A DNA stretch of 64,000 bases from Trypanosoma brucei (taxonomy: Eukaryota). The notes under the pieces were generated by a model. The model did not search any database. It was given only the letters and a program-made list of their open reading frames with translations, and was not told the DNA's origin. This document shows, one piece after another, positions 9,800-21,000 of the stretch; within the stretch, counting starts at the first letter, position 1; each line of letters opens with the position of its first letter. The stretch is taken from NCBI GenBank assembly GCA_000002445.1, contig CP000067.1, forward strand, positions 576,001-640,000, written 5' to 3'. A program made the position numbers and the translations under genes.

Positions 9800-11498
9800 G
9801 AGGAAGGGGTGTGATTTCAAGGAGTTGGCGTGCGAATTTATCCCTTCCCCCGATCCGGTGGGCGTAACGGTGGATGAAGTACGCGGAAACGGGGGTGAAT
9901 AGAGCGAGTTCTACTGCTATCATCAAAATTATCACTGCTATTGTTGACATTCATAGAATAAAGGTGAAAATGACGAAATGTGCGTCCACCCGTCGGCGGT
10001 GATATATATATATATATATATTTATTTATTTATTTATTTATACGATACATACTCGATGTTGGTGTGCCTTCTTGCCTGCTAAGGTTATAGACAAGGATCG
10101 TTATATGAGCTGTGTCCGCCTTGTCGATTCCCCCCAAAAAATTCACTCTTCCTTTTTTCGGCTGTCGTAAAATGTCTTTTATTGTTATTACCACTATTAA
10201 AACTATCATATTTCTGTTGGATTGCGATAAAAGAAGTTGGCGGAGGGAAAAAGAAGAAAAGCAAATGAAAGAAATTATTTCCCCCCCCCCCTGTTGGCTT
10301 ACGAACATCCAAACTTTTCCTTGCCGCTACTTTTTGCGGTGGGAGTCCCTGCCAGGTGAAGGCCGGAGAGCAGTGAATTAATCCCTTCATTTTGTTGTTG
10401 TTTGCTCCTGCCTAAACGCGGTTTGCCCCCATATCGCATTCTCAACTACCGCATCTTTACCTCATACACGTTCCTTTCTCTCTTTCCTTCTTTCTTACAG
10501 TGTAGCGCCTTCAATACCACTTTTGCATATGATTTAATAACCCGCGCAAAACGTCTGGCCTCCATTAAATGGCATTAGAACTCGGCTGAATTTTCAGTAC
10601 CTTAGCGCGGAGTGAGAGGGGCCCTTCCTCCTCCTCCTACTCCTACTCCTCCTTTATTTTTATTTTTTTTGGAAGTGTGTGCCTCTTTTATTATCGTGTT
10701 AACTGTGGTCCACTCATTCTCTATTCATTGGCCTACCACCGCAATTAAAATACACGTGTGGATGAAGACGATCCGCATGAAGGAATTACATACAGCTTCT
10801 AAGGGATGACGGGGCACATGTTTCCGTAGGGAGAAGAGGTTTATGGGTGCACATATGCATGTATGTTTGTTTGTATGCGTATGGATTTGCTTTCATATGT
10901 CTGTCCACCCTTATTTCTCAATGTATCTTGTTGCTGCCACCGCCTTTTCCCATATTTCCCTTTCGTATTCTTGACTTGGTGCTGTTGTTGCTCCCACTTT
11001 TAAAAAAAGGGGGAAAATAAAGAACAAAAAAAAAAAAGAAGAAAATACAGATATTGCTACAAACAGCGCGTGCGGTGGTGCGAAGGTAGAAAGTGTTTGT
11101 AGCAATATCCCAAAATAAATTGATTCTCTCCAAAGGTGTGGCAAAGCACAGAGTAACGAGGGGGTTGGGCGAAAATTAAAGCGGGAAAAGAATTCGAAAA
11201 AAAAACAAAAAGAAAGAAATAAAGAGAGGTGAAAGGTGAAAGAGGAAATACAAAAAGTGAAAAGTGAAAGGAAACTGGATCAAAACATTTGTCCCACGAG
11301 AACAAAAACAAAAACAATAGCAACAATAGCAGCAATAATAACAACAACAATAGTTTCCTTTTTCCCCTCTCCTCTCCCCCATCCATACATCCCTAGGGGT
11401 GGAGACGATAAGAAAAGATAAGGTAAGATAAAGAGAAATAAGGGGAGATTTCTTTTTTTTTTTTTAGATAGGAAATACAGGAGAGTAGCGGGATATCG

Positions 11499-12062
11499 AT
11501 GACGCAAAACAAGGTGAGGAAGTCCAGTTCCATCATTTCTACCATACGTGGAGCTCTCTCCTTTACACGGAAGGATGAAGGGAGTCCTGCGGGTTCGCTC
11601 GGCACCCCGCTGATACGCAGCGACCCGGTTCCCATGTGTTTCCGTCGACCCCAATCATCACATGGCTGCCCGGCTGCCAGCAATCCAACTTCTTTTACTC
11701 TTCGCTCTCATGCGATGGATGACAGGAGGGATTTACTGGAAGAGGAGGAGGCGATGTTTGGTGGATTCCGACCAAAGGAGGAGGCCCTTCGAGGGAGTTC
11801 TGGTTTTTGTATTTCATCACTTTCCTTTTCACCACAACTCGTCGCAATGAATGGGGACCTTTCACCCAGTGAGCGATGGGATGATTATGATGGTTATGAT
11901 CAATATAATAATAATAATATTAATGGTGATGATGATGATGATGATGATGATTCGAACTGTAAGTTTCATGTACACAGTGAGGAGCCGCCTGCTGGCACCC
12001 GCAAGCGAGTGGAGGAATGGATAAAGACTCAAATGCCTACCGTCAAACCAGCCGCTTCATGA
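11499..12062 (+). CDS. Hypothetical acidic low-complexity protein (187 aa) with an Asn-rich and poly-Asp tract
   Basis: The ORF starts at an ATG and is co-oriented. A (GAT)8 run encodes DDDDDDDD. There is no recognisable domain, so it could be non-coding. Confidence 0.3.
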   Translation: MTQNKVRKSSSIISTIRGALSFTRKDEGSPAGSLGTPLIRSDPVPMCFRRPQSSHGCPAASNPTSFTLRSHAMDDRRDLLEEEEAMFGGFRPKEEALRGSSGFCISSLSFSPQLVAMNGDLSPSERWDDYDGYDQYNNNNINGDDDDDDDDSNCKFHVHSEEPPAGTRKRVEEWIKTQMPTVKPAAS

Positions 12063-13994
12063 GGCGGGGGGGGGAGGGGGAAAAAAAGAAAAAAAAAGAA
12101 AGAAAGAAGGTTTTACTTTCTCCTATTACCTTGATTTCAATGAACATTGGATTCAACTTTTTCATTTGGTTTTTTTTCTTGGTTTGTGCTTGTGTTTAAA
12201 GTTTTACACCCACTCGTTATTTTCGTTTCGATTTTTTCCCCCATCCATTTCTTTTCGTTTCTACACGCTGCATAGACTGATTTATATATTTATTTATTTA
12301 TTTATTTGAATGCACGAATAAAGTAAATAAATAAATAAATTAGACGATGCTGCAAGGGTTTTTGACTTAGTTTCTTGCAGTAAATATGCAGTGATTGGTA
12401 AAAGAAAAAAAAAAGATAAATGGACAACGGGTGGGTTGTTGGGGAGTTTTTTTTTTTTGAATTAATATTATTGATTTTTTTCCACTTCTTTTTTTTTTCG
12501 TGCTGTTTCCCGTTTTCTTTTTTTTTTTTTTACTTTGGTTAACTGAGATGGTAATTGCTTTTTCTTCATTTTTTTTTAATTTTTTTTTTTTCGCGTGTGT
12601 GTGTCTGAGTGGGTTTGTGTGGCCGTGTCTCTGCCTGTTTTTTGTTTGTTTGTTTTTTTTTTTTTTTTGGTGGTGGTGGTGGTGATGGTTTAAATGAAGT
12701 GATGATCAGAAGGTGAAGGAGAAAAGTGACAAAAATGGTATAATTAATTTTAAAAAAAAGAAAAGGAGAAAAAGAAAAATTGACAACGCGTGAGAATTTG
12801 ATTGTGTGCGGGTGGGAAAATTTTTTTTTTCCTTTCCTTCCTTTTTACATGATATCAACTTTGCATCTCCATTCATGATGCCAGACACAAGAACTTATGT
12901 ATGTATGAATTAAATAATTTATATTTATTTATCTCAACATTAAAATATACGAGTACGCACATGTGTGTATTCATGATTGGAGAAAATAGAAAGGAAAGGA
13001 GGAAGTGTTTGGTTGGGTGCAAATCTTCTTCTTTCTTTCTTTCTTTCTTCTTTGTTTTTTTATATTATTATTATTATTATTTTATTTATTACTTCATTCC
13101 ATTTCCCCATCCTGTGCTTTGCCCATCTGAAGCAAACAACTGATTATTTAAGTAAAATAATAATAATATTATTGTTATTATTGGTATTGGTATTGTATTA
13201 AGATGAATTCACGGATGGAGACAAAATGAAGAGGAAAGTCGATAAGCTTCCCAGTTTGTATGCGTATTTGTCTGTTTTCGTTTTTTTTGTTTTTTGTTTT
13301 GTTATTTAGAGTGGGGAGGAGGTTTGGACGAATGAAAAAAAAATAAATGCTCTCATGCTTGCTTATACGTTGCCGCGCCCGCGTTTGTGTCTCTTTAGTT
13401 CTTAATATATTTTATGTGCTGCATTCTCTTAAGTAGTAAAGGAGAAGAGGAAGGAAAATGAAGGAAAGAGAAGAAAAGTCAAGTAAATCTTAAATTTACA
13501 GGAAAAAGAGGGAATAGGAGAACACGATAGAGTGAATAAATAAATATATCAACGGAAACGAATACATATATATATATATATATATTACAAAAGAGTCCAA
13601 CTGGAAGGTAACACGGTTGCGCGCCTATTTTGCGGATCGGTAATATATATATATATATATATATGTTTATTTGTGGATTTTGTAATTCAGTTTCCTCCTT
13701 TCCTGTGATTGTGCAATTTGGATATTTGTATTATCCATATGTGTTTGTACATTTACGCGCCCTTGTGTAATAATAGTAATTACGGTAGTATTGAGCCCCC
13801 ACACCCACATGAAGCGGCACATATATTTATTTATTTATTTTGTTTATCCCGTAGCGCTTTCTTTCGTTTTTATCTATTTTATGTTTGTAGTGGTGGTAAC
13901 GTAAGTTATTGTCACCGCTTTCCTGTGCCGTCCCGTACTGTACTGTACTGTACTGTACTGTACTGTACTGTACTGTACTGTACTAGGCCGTCTC

Positions 13995-14029
<35 letters not shown>

Positions 14030-15890
14030 TTATCTTGGAATATATTTCACACTACCAATTTCGCAGTGGCGCAATGGAAATAAGGAAAGAATTAGCGGTG
14101 TCAGTTCTATCGTCACTGTTTCAACATTTCATCACAGTCAGATGCGTCTGTGTGCAGTTTTCAATGTAGATATTTTAAGGAACAATCACCATAATAATTA
14201 AGGCGCTTTTGATGCATTAAACCGCAGAGTCACGCGGTGTCGCTCTTTTTTTTTTTTTTTGTTGTTGTTATTGTTGTGTTTGCCGAGTGTTTCACCTCTC
14301 AAATAAATTTAAAATTACACAAACGTATTTACGCATATTTATATGTGTGCGCTTTGTTTTTTGTTCCCGCATGTTGTACATACCTCCGCTTCCCTTTTGC
14401 GATTATTATTTCCATTTATTTGTGTATTAATAATATAATTAGTGTTTCGACACGTGCTTCTTTTTTTTTTTTTGCTTTCCGTTATTTTACATTATTATTG
14501 CCTCGTCAAGCGACCCGGATGGCGTTATCTGTTTTGTTGTATGTCTTCATCTATGTCTTGTCTGTTTTCTGATTATCTTAGTTTAGTTTAGTTTTTTTTT
14601 CCTGTTCATCTACTCGTCTTTCCTCTTATTTTTTCCTTCCAGCATTTGTTTAAATTATTGTTGTTTAGTATGTTTTTTTTTTCTTCTATTTTCGCTATTA
14701 CTTATCACCATTGGTTTTGGAGGCTCGTCAATTATTTATTTATTTATTTACTTTTCTGCTGTGCTATTTTATTGTTATTATTTTTTCGTTCTTCTAAATA
14801 ATTCCTTCGAAGGGGAGCGGAGAATAATGTGGGTGTCATCAGAGAATGGTGAAGGGGAACTCCACTCCTTTAAAAAAAAAAAAAGAAGAAAAGGAGAAAA
14901 AAACGGCAACACAAAACAACACATGTCGTGTTGAATTGTTTAGTTGTTTGAGTGCTTAAATTGTGGTTTCGCTGGAGCAGTGAAGAGAACAAGAAATATA
15001 TGAGCATAAATAAATAAATATATTTTTATCATGGAAGTGATGAATCATTGAGTGAAATGAGTGAGTTTTGTTTTAGTGTTGTGTTGTGTTGTGTTGTGTG
15101 CTTACCTTCTTGAGGACGCGTTTGGGAGGATTATGTTGTGAGCGGAGTTACCACTCAACTTGGAGTGGAGGTGCACATTATTAATATTATTATTTTAGTA
15201 TCTGCCTTTACATACGTGGTTCTGTGGGCGTAAATATAAATATACATGTGTGACTCAGTACAAAATGTAGGAGGCAAGTTATAAGCAGCGGGAGTGCTTG
15301 TCCATGTAACCGGCCTGTGTAACGCAGCAGTTTTCTTTTCTTTTCTTTTTTTCCTTTTCCTCTTGCTCGTCTCGTTGCAAAGAGAAATTGAAAACAAAAA
15401 AAAAAAAGAAAAATAGGAGAGCAGAAAAAAAAAAACAACAAAATTGACTTCACTGGAATGGGAATTCGTTCATTACCTTTTCATTTCATTCGTACTTCTC
15501 TTTTTTTTTTTTTGACTCCCGCGTTTCTTTCTTACCTTCCACTACTCATTCAAGGTAATTGATGTTTTACTTTCTTCTTTTTCTTTTTGTTTTTTTTTGT
15601 CAAAAATAAGTAAACCGGTCCGTGGTTTTTTTATATCTGTAGGTCGTTGATCGAAACAACCACCGCCGATCAGTTTCCGAAGTGAAGGGCGGTCTCCCCC
15701 TCCTCTTTTGGGCCCGACACGTGAATAGACAAACTCACATTCATATTTAAGGAGAACGAAAGGTGTGGCAAGAACCAACCAAACAAAACACAAGGATTAA
15801 ATAAAGGGAGAATAAAAAATAAAAAATACGGTATAGATCTTCTTCATAGAAACTATCGTCCCACTCTTCTTCCTACTGCTTACAGAAATC
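12063..15890. repeat. 3.8 kb gene-free, low-complexity microsatellite-rich intergenic tract
   Basis: No ORF with complex sequence is present. The tract contains T/C-rich and A/G-rich blocks, (TTTA)n, (TA)n, (TACTG)n, (TGTTG)n and (ATT)n. Confidence 0.8.
13936..13984. repeat. (TACTG)~10 perfect pentanucleotide tandem repeat
   Basis: Direct read: gtactgtactgtactg... x10. Confidence 0.9.
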
Positions 15891-15903
15891 AAAAGTGTGC
15901 GAC

Positions 15904-16842
15904 ATGGACGAATACGGTGATTTTGACAATAGAGACACATATGATACGGATGAGGCGGCCTTCCTCACGTCCCGCCTTGCAATGCGTGCTGAGGAAGTGG
16001 AAGCGAATGTGAGCGGCTCGCAGTTTCTTAACTCACCTCGCAATGGCAGCACTTTAGACGCAGAAGAGGACGAGGAGGCCAATTTTACACCAAATGTGTT
16101 GGGAGGTCCAACGAATGACACGCCATTATTTTACGGGGAGGAACTTGACTCGTTGATACAGTCACAAGAGCGAAATGTGGCTGGAAACGTCACGACTCAA
16201 AACATAGATGCCAGTGAGGGGGATGCGCTGCACATTGACGAGCATGAAGAAAATGATGACATCGACAATAATGACGTTGATGACGACGACGAAGGTGATG
16301 ATGATGATGATGATAATAATAATAATAATTTTCTAATTGATAACTACGAACCCCCGGAGCACACGGATATGGCGAGTGGCGGTTCCGGTTGTGAGGGAGG
16401 GGGCGACCGTACGCCGTTCGCCCTTTCCCGTGTGAGGGAGCTACTAAAATTTCATAGCAATTCGACTATTGTTTCCAAGGATGCGGTTACTACGGCATCG
16501 GAGGCTGTGGTACTCATTTTACAGGATTTGACACGAATGGCTGCGGCACAGGCGGAGCGGAACAACCGCAAAACTGTGAGATATTCCGACGTGGCGACTG
16601 TGGTGCAGCACTATGACCGGTTTTCCTTCCTTTTAGATATCCTACCACCAGTACCTGAGGTTAAGAAGCACTCATCTAAGCCAGTGCAGAGGCAAACTGC
16701 TATCGTACCGACAGGTTCAAAGGTTGGCCAAACACCGCGGAGTTCTCAGAAGCAACAGCAGCTGCAGCAGACGGGCACCCAGCGGGGCAGCCACATGCGA
16801 CAGGCCAAACTTAGTTTCGGCAATGCGGCCGACTGCATATAA
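15904..16842 (+). CDS. Histone-fold protein of the H2A-like NC2alpha(DRAP1)/Dpb3/NF-YC/CHRAC family with an acidic N-terminal region
   Basis: TPFALSRVRELLKFHSNSTIVSKDAVTTASEAVVLILQDLTRMAAAQAERNNRKTVRYSDVATVVQHYDRFSFLLDILP parallels the NF-YC/Dpb3 consensus LPLARIKKIMK...[35 protein letters not shown]..DIA.A....D.FDFL.DIVP. The ORF-track start is GTG, so I moved it to the ATG at 15904. Confidence 0.6.
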   Translation: MDEYGDFDNRDTYDTDEAAFLTSRLAMRAEEVEANVSGSQFLNSPRNGSTLDAEEDEEANFTPNVLGGPTNDTPLFYGEELDSLIQSQERNVAGNVTTQNIDASEGDALHIDEHEENDDIDNNDVDDDDEGDDDDDDNNNNNFLIDNYEPPEHTDMASGGSGCEGGGDRTPFALSRVRELLKFHSNSTIVSKDAVTTASEAVVLILQDLTRMAAAQAERNNRKTVRYSDVATVVQHYDRFSFLLDILPPVPEVKKHSSKPVQRQTAIVPTGSKVGQTPRSSQKQQQLQQTGTQRGSHMRQAKLSFGNAADCI

Positions 16843-17289
16843 GTCCACGTGGTACCGCTCACTACTGTGCAGCGGCACCGTTGAATGTGGCGTGAGCGAC
16901 ACGATGCCAGTTTTTTGACATTTAGGTTCGTGTACATGCTAATGAGGAGGTGTACTTTTTGTTTGGTCTCCTTACGTCTACACAAGCTATTACCCCCCCC
17001 CTTCTCTCTCTCTCTCCACCGTGTGAGTATCGTTAAATGCCTTGTAGTTGACTTATACCTATGGCATTGTGTTGTGGGAAGAGAGACACTAAACTGCTTT
17101 TCCCTTCCCTTGTTTTCGCTGTGTCTTTGTTGTTGTACTGCCTTCGCTTCCTAACAAGTATGCTTCTGTGTTACTTGTTTCATTCTCTTGTACTTGTTTG
17201 CACTACAACGACTCTAGTGTGGTAGTTTGTTGGCTATATTTACTGCTGCAAGGGAAGGTAAAACTACAGGTAAGAAACTGGCCGAAGAT

Positions 17290-18438
17290 ATGTTGCCTCA
17301 TTCGGTGCCCACGTCGCCTCATCAGGAACGTGACCGGCCCTTAGAGCAGATGACGGATGAGGAGTTACGACGTGAGTTGGTGATGCTCATTCGTACGAAT
17401 GCCATTCTCGCTGAAGAGTCTGCAGGCCTCCAAGCAGATATTAGTGCCCTCTGTGAGGAGTCTGTGAGGTTTCAACAGAGTACAGAAATTGAAGAAGACA
17501 AGGTGACAAATCAGTTGTTGCGGCGCCTTCAGAGCGAGGAGGTGCAGAAACACCGCTTCCACCACCAGATCCTCTGTGAGGAAAAGGCGCGACGAAAGAT
17601 CATGGATCAAATCACACAGGTCCGGCAGCAGATGGAGCTAGAGAAACAGCTTGAACAAGAACAGGAAGTGCAGCGGATGGAACTTCAGCGAAAGCTGATC
17701 GATGTGGTGAATAAAAAGATTGAGGTGGAGCGACAGCTGCTGGAAGAACGTCGTGTCCAACTTGAGGCACTAACGACAAAACTAGCTTCCATAAAGGAAG
17801 GATCATTGGCGGCAAAGTCGAAGGTCGACGGGGCTGTTGGTTCTCGAGGAACTCAGGGGCCAAGCGCATCTTCACAGCAGTGTCAGTCGGGAACAGCAAA
17901 TATGACGCATGAATCGCCTGCTGCTGCTGCTGCTGCTGCTGTCGCAGCATCCTCTCAGCCTCCACCCGTGAAAACAGAGACGGTACCGTCATCGGTAGAC
18001 TTGCCTGCTTCCGACGTTGCGGGCGATGACACGCATGGCACCATCATTAGGTTAGAGGAGCAGTTGAACCGACTCTTAGAACAACATGCCGCCGCAACAC
18101 AGGCAAGTGCAACCAACGAGAGTCTGTGCACAGAGTTGGGTAGGAACCTAGAAACTATTCAGCAAGCAGCTTCGGTTGATAGAGCTCGTACGCTGAAGTT
18201 AAAGGAAGAGCTGCAGGAAACCAAGCGAAGAGTGGCCGTACTGGAGCAGCGCGCTGCCGTTGGCACGGCGTATGCCGCATCCGATGATAGTTCTGATTTG
18301 CCTACGCCATCGGTCTCCTCCTTGTACGATGACAAGAGACGGGAATCGCTCCTCAATTGCCACCAGCGGTACCCAAGCAGTTGTGTACCACCATCATGCT
18401 CCGCTTCTGAAGCCGGTGAAGATACACGATCCGTCTAA
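17290..18438 (+). CDS. Coiled-coil protein (Glu/Gln/Leu/Arg-rich heptads) with poly-Ala tract and Ser/Pro-rich C-terminus
   Basis: A long charged heptad-like region runs ELRRELVMLIRTNAILAEE...QQMELEKQLEQEQEVQRMELQRKLIDVVNKKIEVERQLLEERRVQLEAL. A (GCT)n run encodes AAAAAAA. The ORF-track start is TTG, so I moved it to the ATG at 17290. Confidence 0.5.
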   Translation: MLPHSVPTSPHQERDRPLEQMTDEELRRELVMLIRTNAILAEESAGLQADISALCEESVRFQQSTEIEEDKVTNQLLRRLQSEEVQKHRFHHQILCEEKARRKIMDQITQVRQQMELEKQLEQEQEVQRMELQRKLIDVVNKKIEVERQLLEERRVQLEALTTKLASIKEGSLAAKSKVDGAVGSRGTQGPSASSQQCQSGTANMTHESPAAAAAAAVAASSQPPPVKTETVPSSVDLPASDVAGDDTHGTIIRLEEQLNRLLEQHAAATQASATNESLCTELGRNLETIQQAASVDRARTLKLKEELQETKRRVAVLEQRAAVGTAYAASDDSSDLPTPSVSSLYDDKRRESLLNCHQRYPSSCVPPSCSASEAGEDTRSV

Positions 18439-19289
18439 GCAGCTGACAATACCAATGCATGGGAACAACTCGGCGTCTAGGGAAGTGGAGAATTAGTCAC
18501 GTGATGTTACAAAGTAGTGGGAATGGGTATATTCGGTTTTTGAGTTTTTTTTTTGGGGGGGGGGAAACATCTTAGAAGGAATTTGGGGATCAGGGAGACA
18601 GAGTTGTGTGTGTGTAAATTCTGTGGTTGGTCCGGCAAGAAGAAAGTAACCGGAGTGATATCGGCGGGCGCTCGTCTGTGGGCACGGGTGGTTACTGCAC
18701 TTTTTTTTTTTTGGCCGTTGAGTTTTCAGTCGATTCTACCTTACTGCGCTGAAGTCCTTCGACTTAACTCTCACCTCATTTCTTTCGATCGTTCTTTTAC
18801 TTTATTCTCTCTATTTTGTTTTTTACCACAGCGATGCAGAAAAAAGGCACTTTTCAACCTGTCCTATTTCCTCCCGTCCCCATTACTCCTCCGGCTGTGA
18901 CGGTGCACTTCCCCTATTTTCTTATTCCCTCTTTGTTGTTTTTGGTTTTTTTTTTCCGCGTTTCCCCTTATGTTTCCCTTATATTTGAAACTACCAATTA
19001 TTTTCTTCATGGAAACGCAGGTACAAAAGAAAAATAGTTGTTCCTTGAGGGCGACGAGTGCTTATGTGGTGGAGCCAGTCCCCTTTCTTTACAAAATGAT
19101 GCGATCACCCTTGTAAATCCTTTTCCTCCACATGTTTGCGCTCCGTGCGTTGAGCTCGTTTTGCAAAAATCGGTTCAGTTTTGTTTTATATCATTTTTCT
19201 CACCTTGCTATTTCCGTTTGTTTTTTTCCTTTCCACCTCCTACTTCCTAATGACCAGCGGGGTACCTCTAGTATCTTTGCTTACCCATT

Positions 19290-20948
19290 ATGATTGAGGG
19301 AAGCAGAAACTCAAGCGCCGTAAAGAAGCGGCTGGTCGCCAAACCGTTGGAGGAGTGTGCGCCGCTTAACTTGTTGGGTGCGGAAGATGTGATGGGAGCT
19401 CTTCACACTTCTTCAGTGTCATTCTTTACATGGGGAATTCTTCAGACCGTCATCGTGCACTGCTTCGCAGGTGCGCTCTTCGGTTATGGTATAGGTTTTG
19501 TAGGGCCGTACTACACACTTTACAAAATGGGAAGCGATTGTATGACAGTGACGACTCAATCCACCTGCCCGATGTTTATCCCAGAAAAGTGTACCTGGAA
19601 GGACAATGCATGTAAGTTTGTCGTTGACAACTGTAGCGGACAGTTAAAGGAGGCTTGTGGCGCCAGCAGTTCCTCAAGTGTTTCTCAAACGTGCTACTGG
19701 AACCACAAAACGAACGTGTGCCAGCCGATGGCTGGTTTTACAGCATTACAAAACGGTATCTTTGCTGGCGCGTTTATTTTTGGAGGCTGCATCGGGTCTC
19801 TCATATCCGCTCCTCTTCTCTCAGTGTCGGGACATCGAATAACCTTTCTTTTGTGTGGATTCGTTGGTACGGTAGGGGGTGCGCTGACACACTTTGCAAC
19901 TTATACGGATTCATACATGCTCTTGGTGGCGGGGCGCTTTCTTACTGGAGTTTCGGCCGGTGTACTTTGTGTGAGTTCTCCCGCGTATGTGGAGGAAACG
20001 GCACCAATACAACATCGGCAGCTCGTTGGAGTTTTCTTCCAGATTGCATGTACGTTCGGTATTCTCAGTGCTTCGGCCATGGGCTTAGGTCTTGCACAGC
20101 GAAGCTTCTCCACACAACACGACATGCAACAACGACAACAGATGTTTTGTTTGCCAGGAACAATCATCGCGCTGCTCATGATGTTTATTAGTGGACCCAT
20201 GAGGGAGAGCGTTGTGTGGATGGAACAGCGCCACCTTTCCAGGCCAGGGGAGCAGGACGATTTGGTCACCTTTGCTGAGGGCCGCGTTTCGTACGGAACA
20301 GTGATATCAAGTGATCCGAAGCCTGGATGGGGAGGTGTTAAGGGACAGCTGCTCACCGCTTTAGTTCTGTGCATTGCACAGCAACTTACTGGCATGAATG
20401 CCATTATGAACTACGCCCCCATTATCACGGACAGAATGGGCCTGGAGCCACTTTTTGGAAACTTCGTTGTTATGGCATGGAACTTCATTACGGTACTTAC
20501 TTCGATTCCAATATCCTCCAGGGCGCATGCGGACCGCGCTTACGTTGTGGCTCTGCTTTTGGCCTCCTTATCGTGCTTGCTGGTGGCCGTGGCGGTGCTA
20601 CCATTTTTTGGCTTTAGTAGCAATCTAAAAGTAAAACTGTCGGCTACCGGAATACTGCTTTTTATCACCTTCTTTGAGTTGGGAATGGGAAGTTTCTTTT
20701 GGACTCTCTCGCAGGGCATCTTCCCCCCAAACTTCCGTCACCGAGGATCAAGTTTTACGGTGCTTGTTCATTTTTTAATTAACATCGTTATTAACGTAGG
20801 GTTTCCCCTTGCGGTGGAGTGGCTCTCGGGTGGTCCCTCAGGAAACCAAGATGTTGGAATGGGCATTGCTTTCCTCTTTTTTGGTATTGTGGGTCTCCTG
20901 TCAACTGCCTACCTGCACAGGCATTTACGCTTATGGCAATCATCTTAG
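19290..20948 (+). CDS. Hexose transporter, an MFS sugar porter of the trypanosome THT/TcrHT type
   Basis: It has 12-TM architecture and a Cys-rich first exofacial loop. The C-terminal half has strong family motifs: LTGMNAIMNYAPIITDRMGLEPLFGNFVVMAWNF is comparable to THT INAVMNYAPKITENLGMDPSLGNFLVMAWNF. PESVEW-like and FPPNFR/GSSF motifs are present. The start is an ATG. Confidence 0.85.
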   Translation: MIEGSRNSSAVKKRLVAKPLEECAPLNLLGAEDVMGALHTSSVSFFTWGILQTVIVHCFAGALFGYGIGFVGPYYTLYKMGSDCMTVTTQSTCPMFIPEKCTWKDNACKFVVDNCSGQLKEACGASSSSSVSQTCYWNHKTNVCQPMAGFTALQNGIFAGAFIFGGCIGSLISAPLLSVSGHRITFLLCGFVGTVGGALTHFATYTDSYMLLVAGRFLTGVSAGVLCVSSPAYVEETAPIQHRQLVGVFFQIACTFGILSASAMGLGLAQRSFSTQHDMQQRQQMFCLPGTIIALLMMFISGPMRESVVWMEQRHLSRPGEQDDLVTFAEGRVSYGTVISSDPKPGWGGVKGQLLTALVLCIAQQLTGMNAIMNYAPIITDRMGLEPLFGNFVVMAWNFITVLTSIPISSRAHADRAYVVALLLASLSCLLVAVAVLPFFGFSSNLKVKLSATGILLFITFFELGMGSFFWTLSQGIFPPNFRHRGSSFTVLVHFLINIVINVGFPLAVEWLSGGPSGNQDVGMGIAFLFFGIVGLLSTAYLHRHLRLWQSS

Positions 20949-21000
20949 ACACCGAGTGGTGTGTACAGGCTGCTTTCTCTTTTCAGAGTAATGCAGCTGG

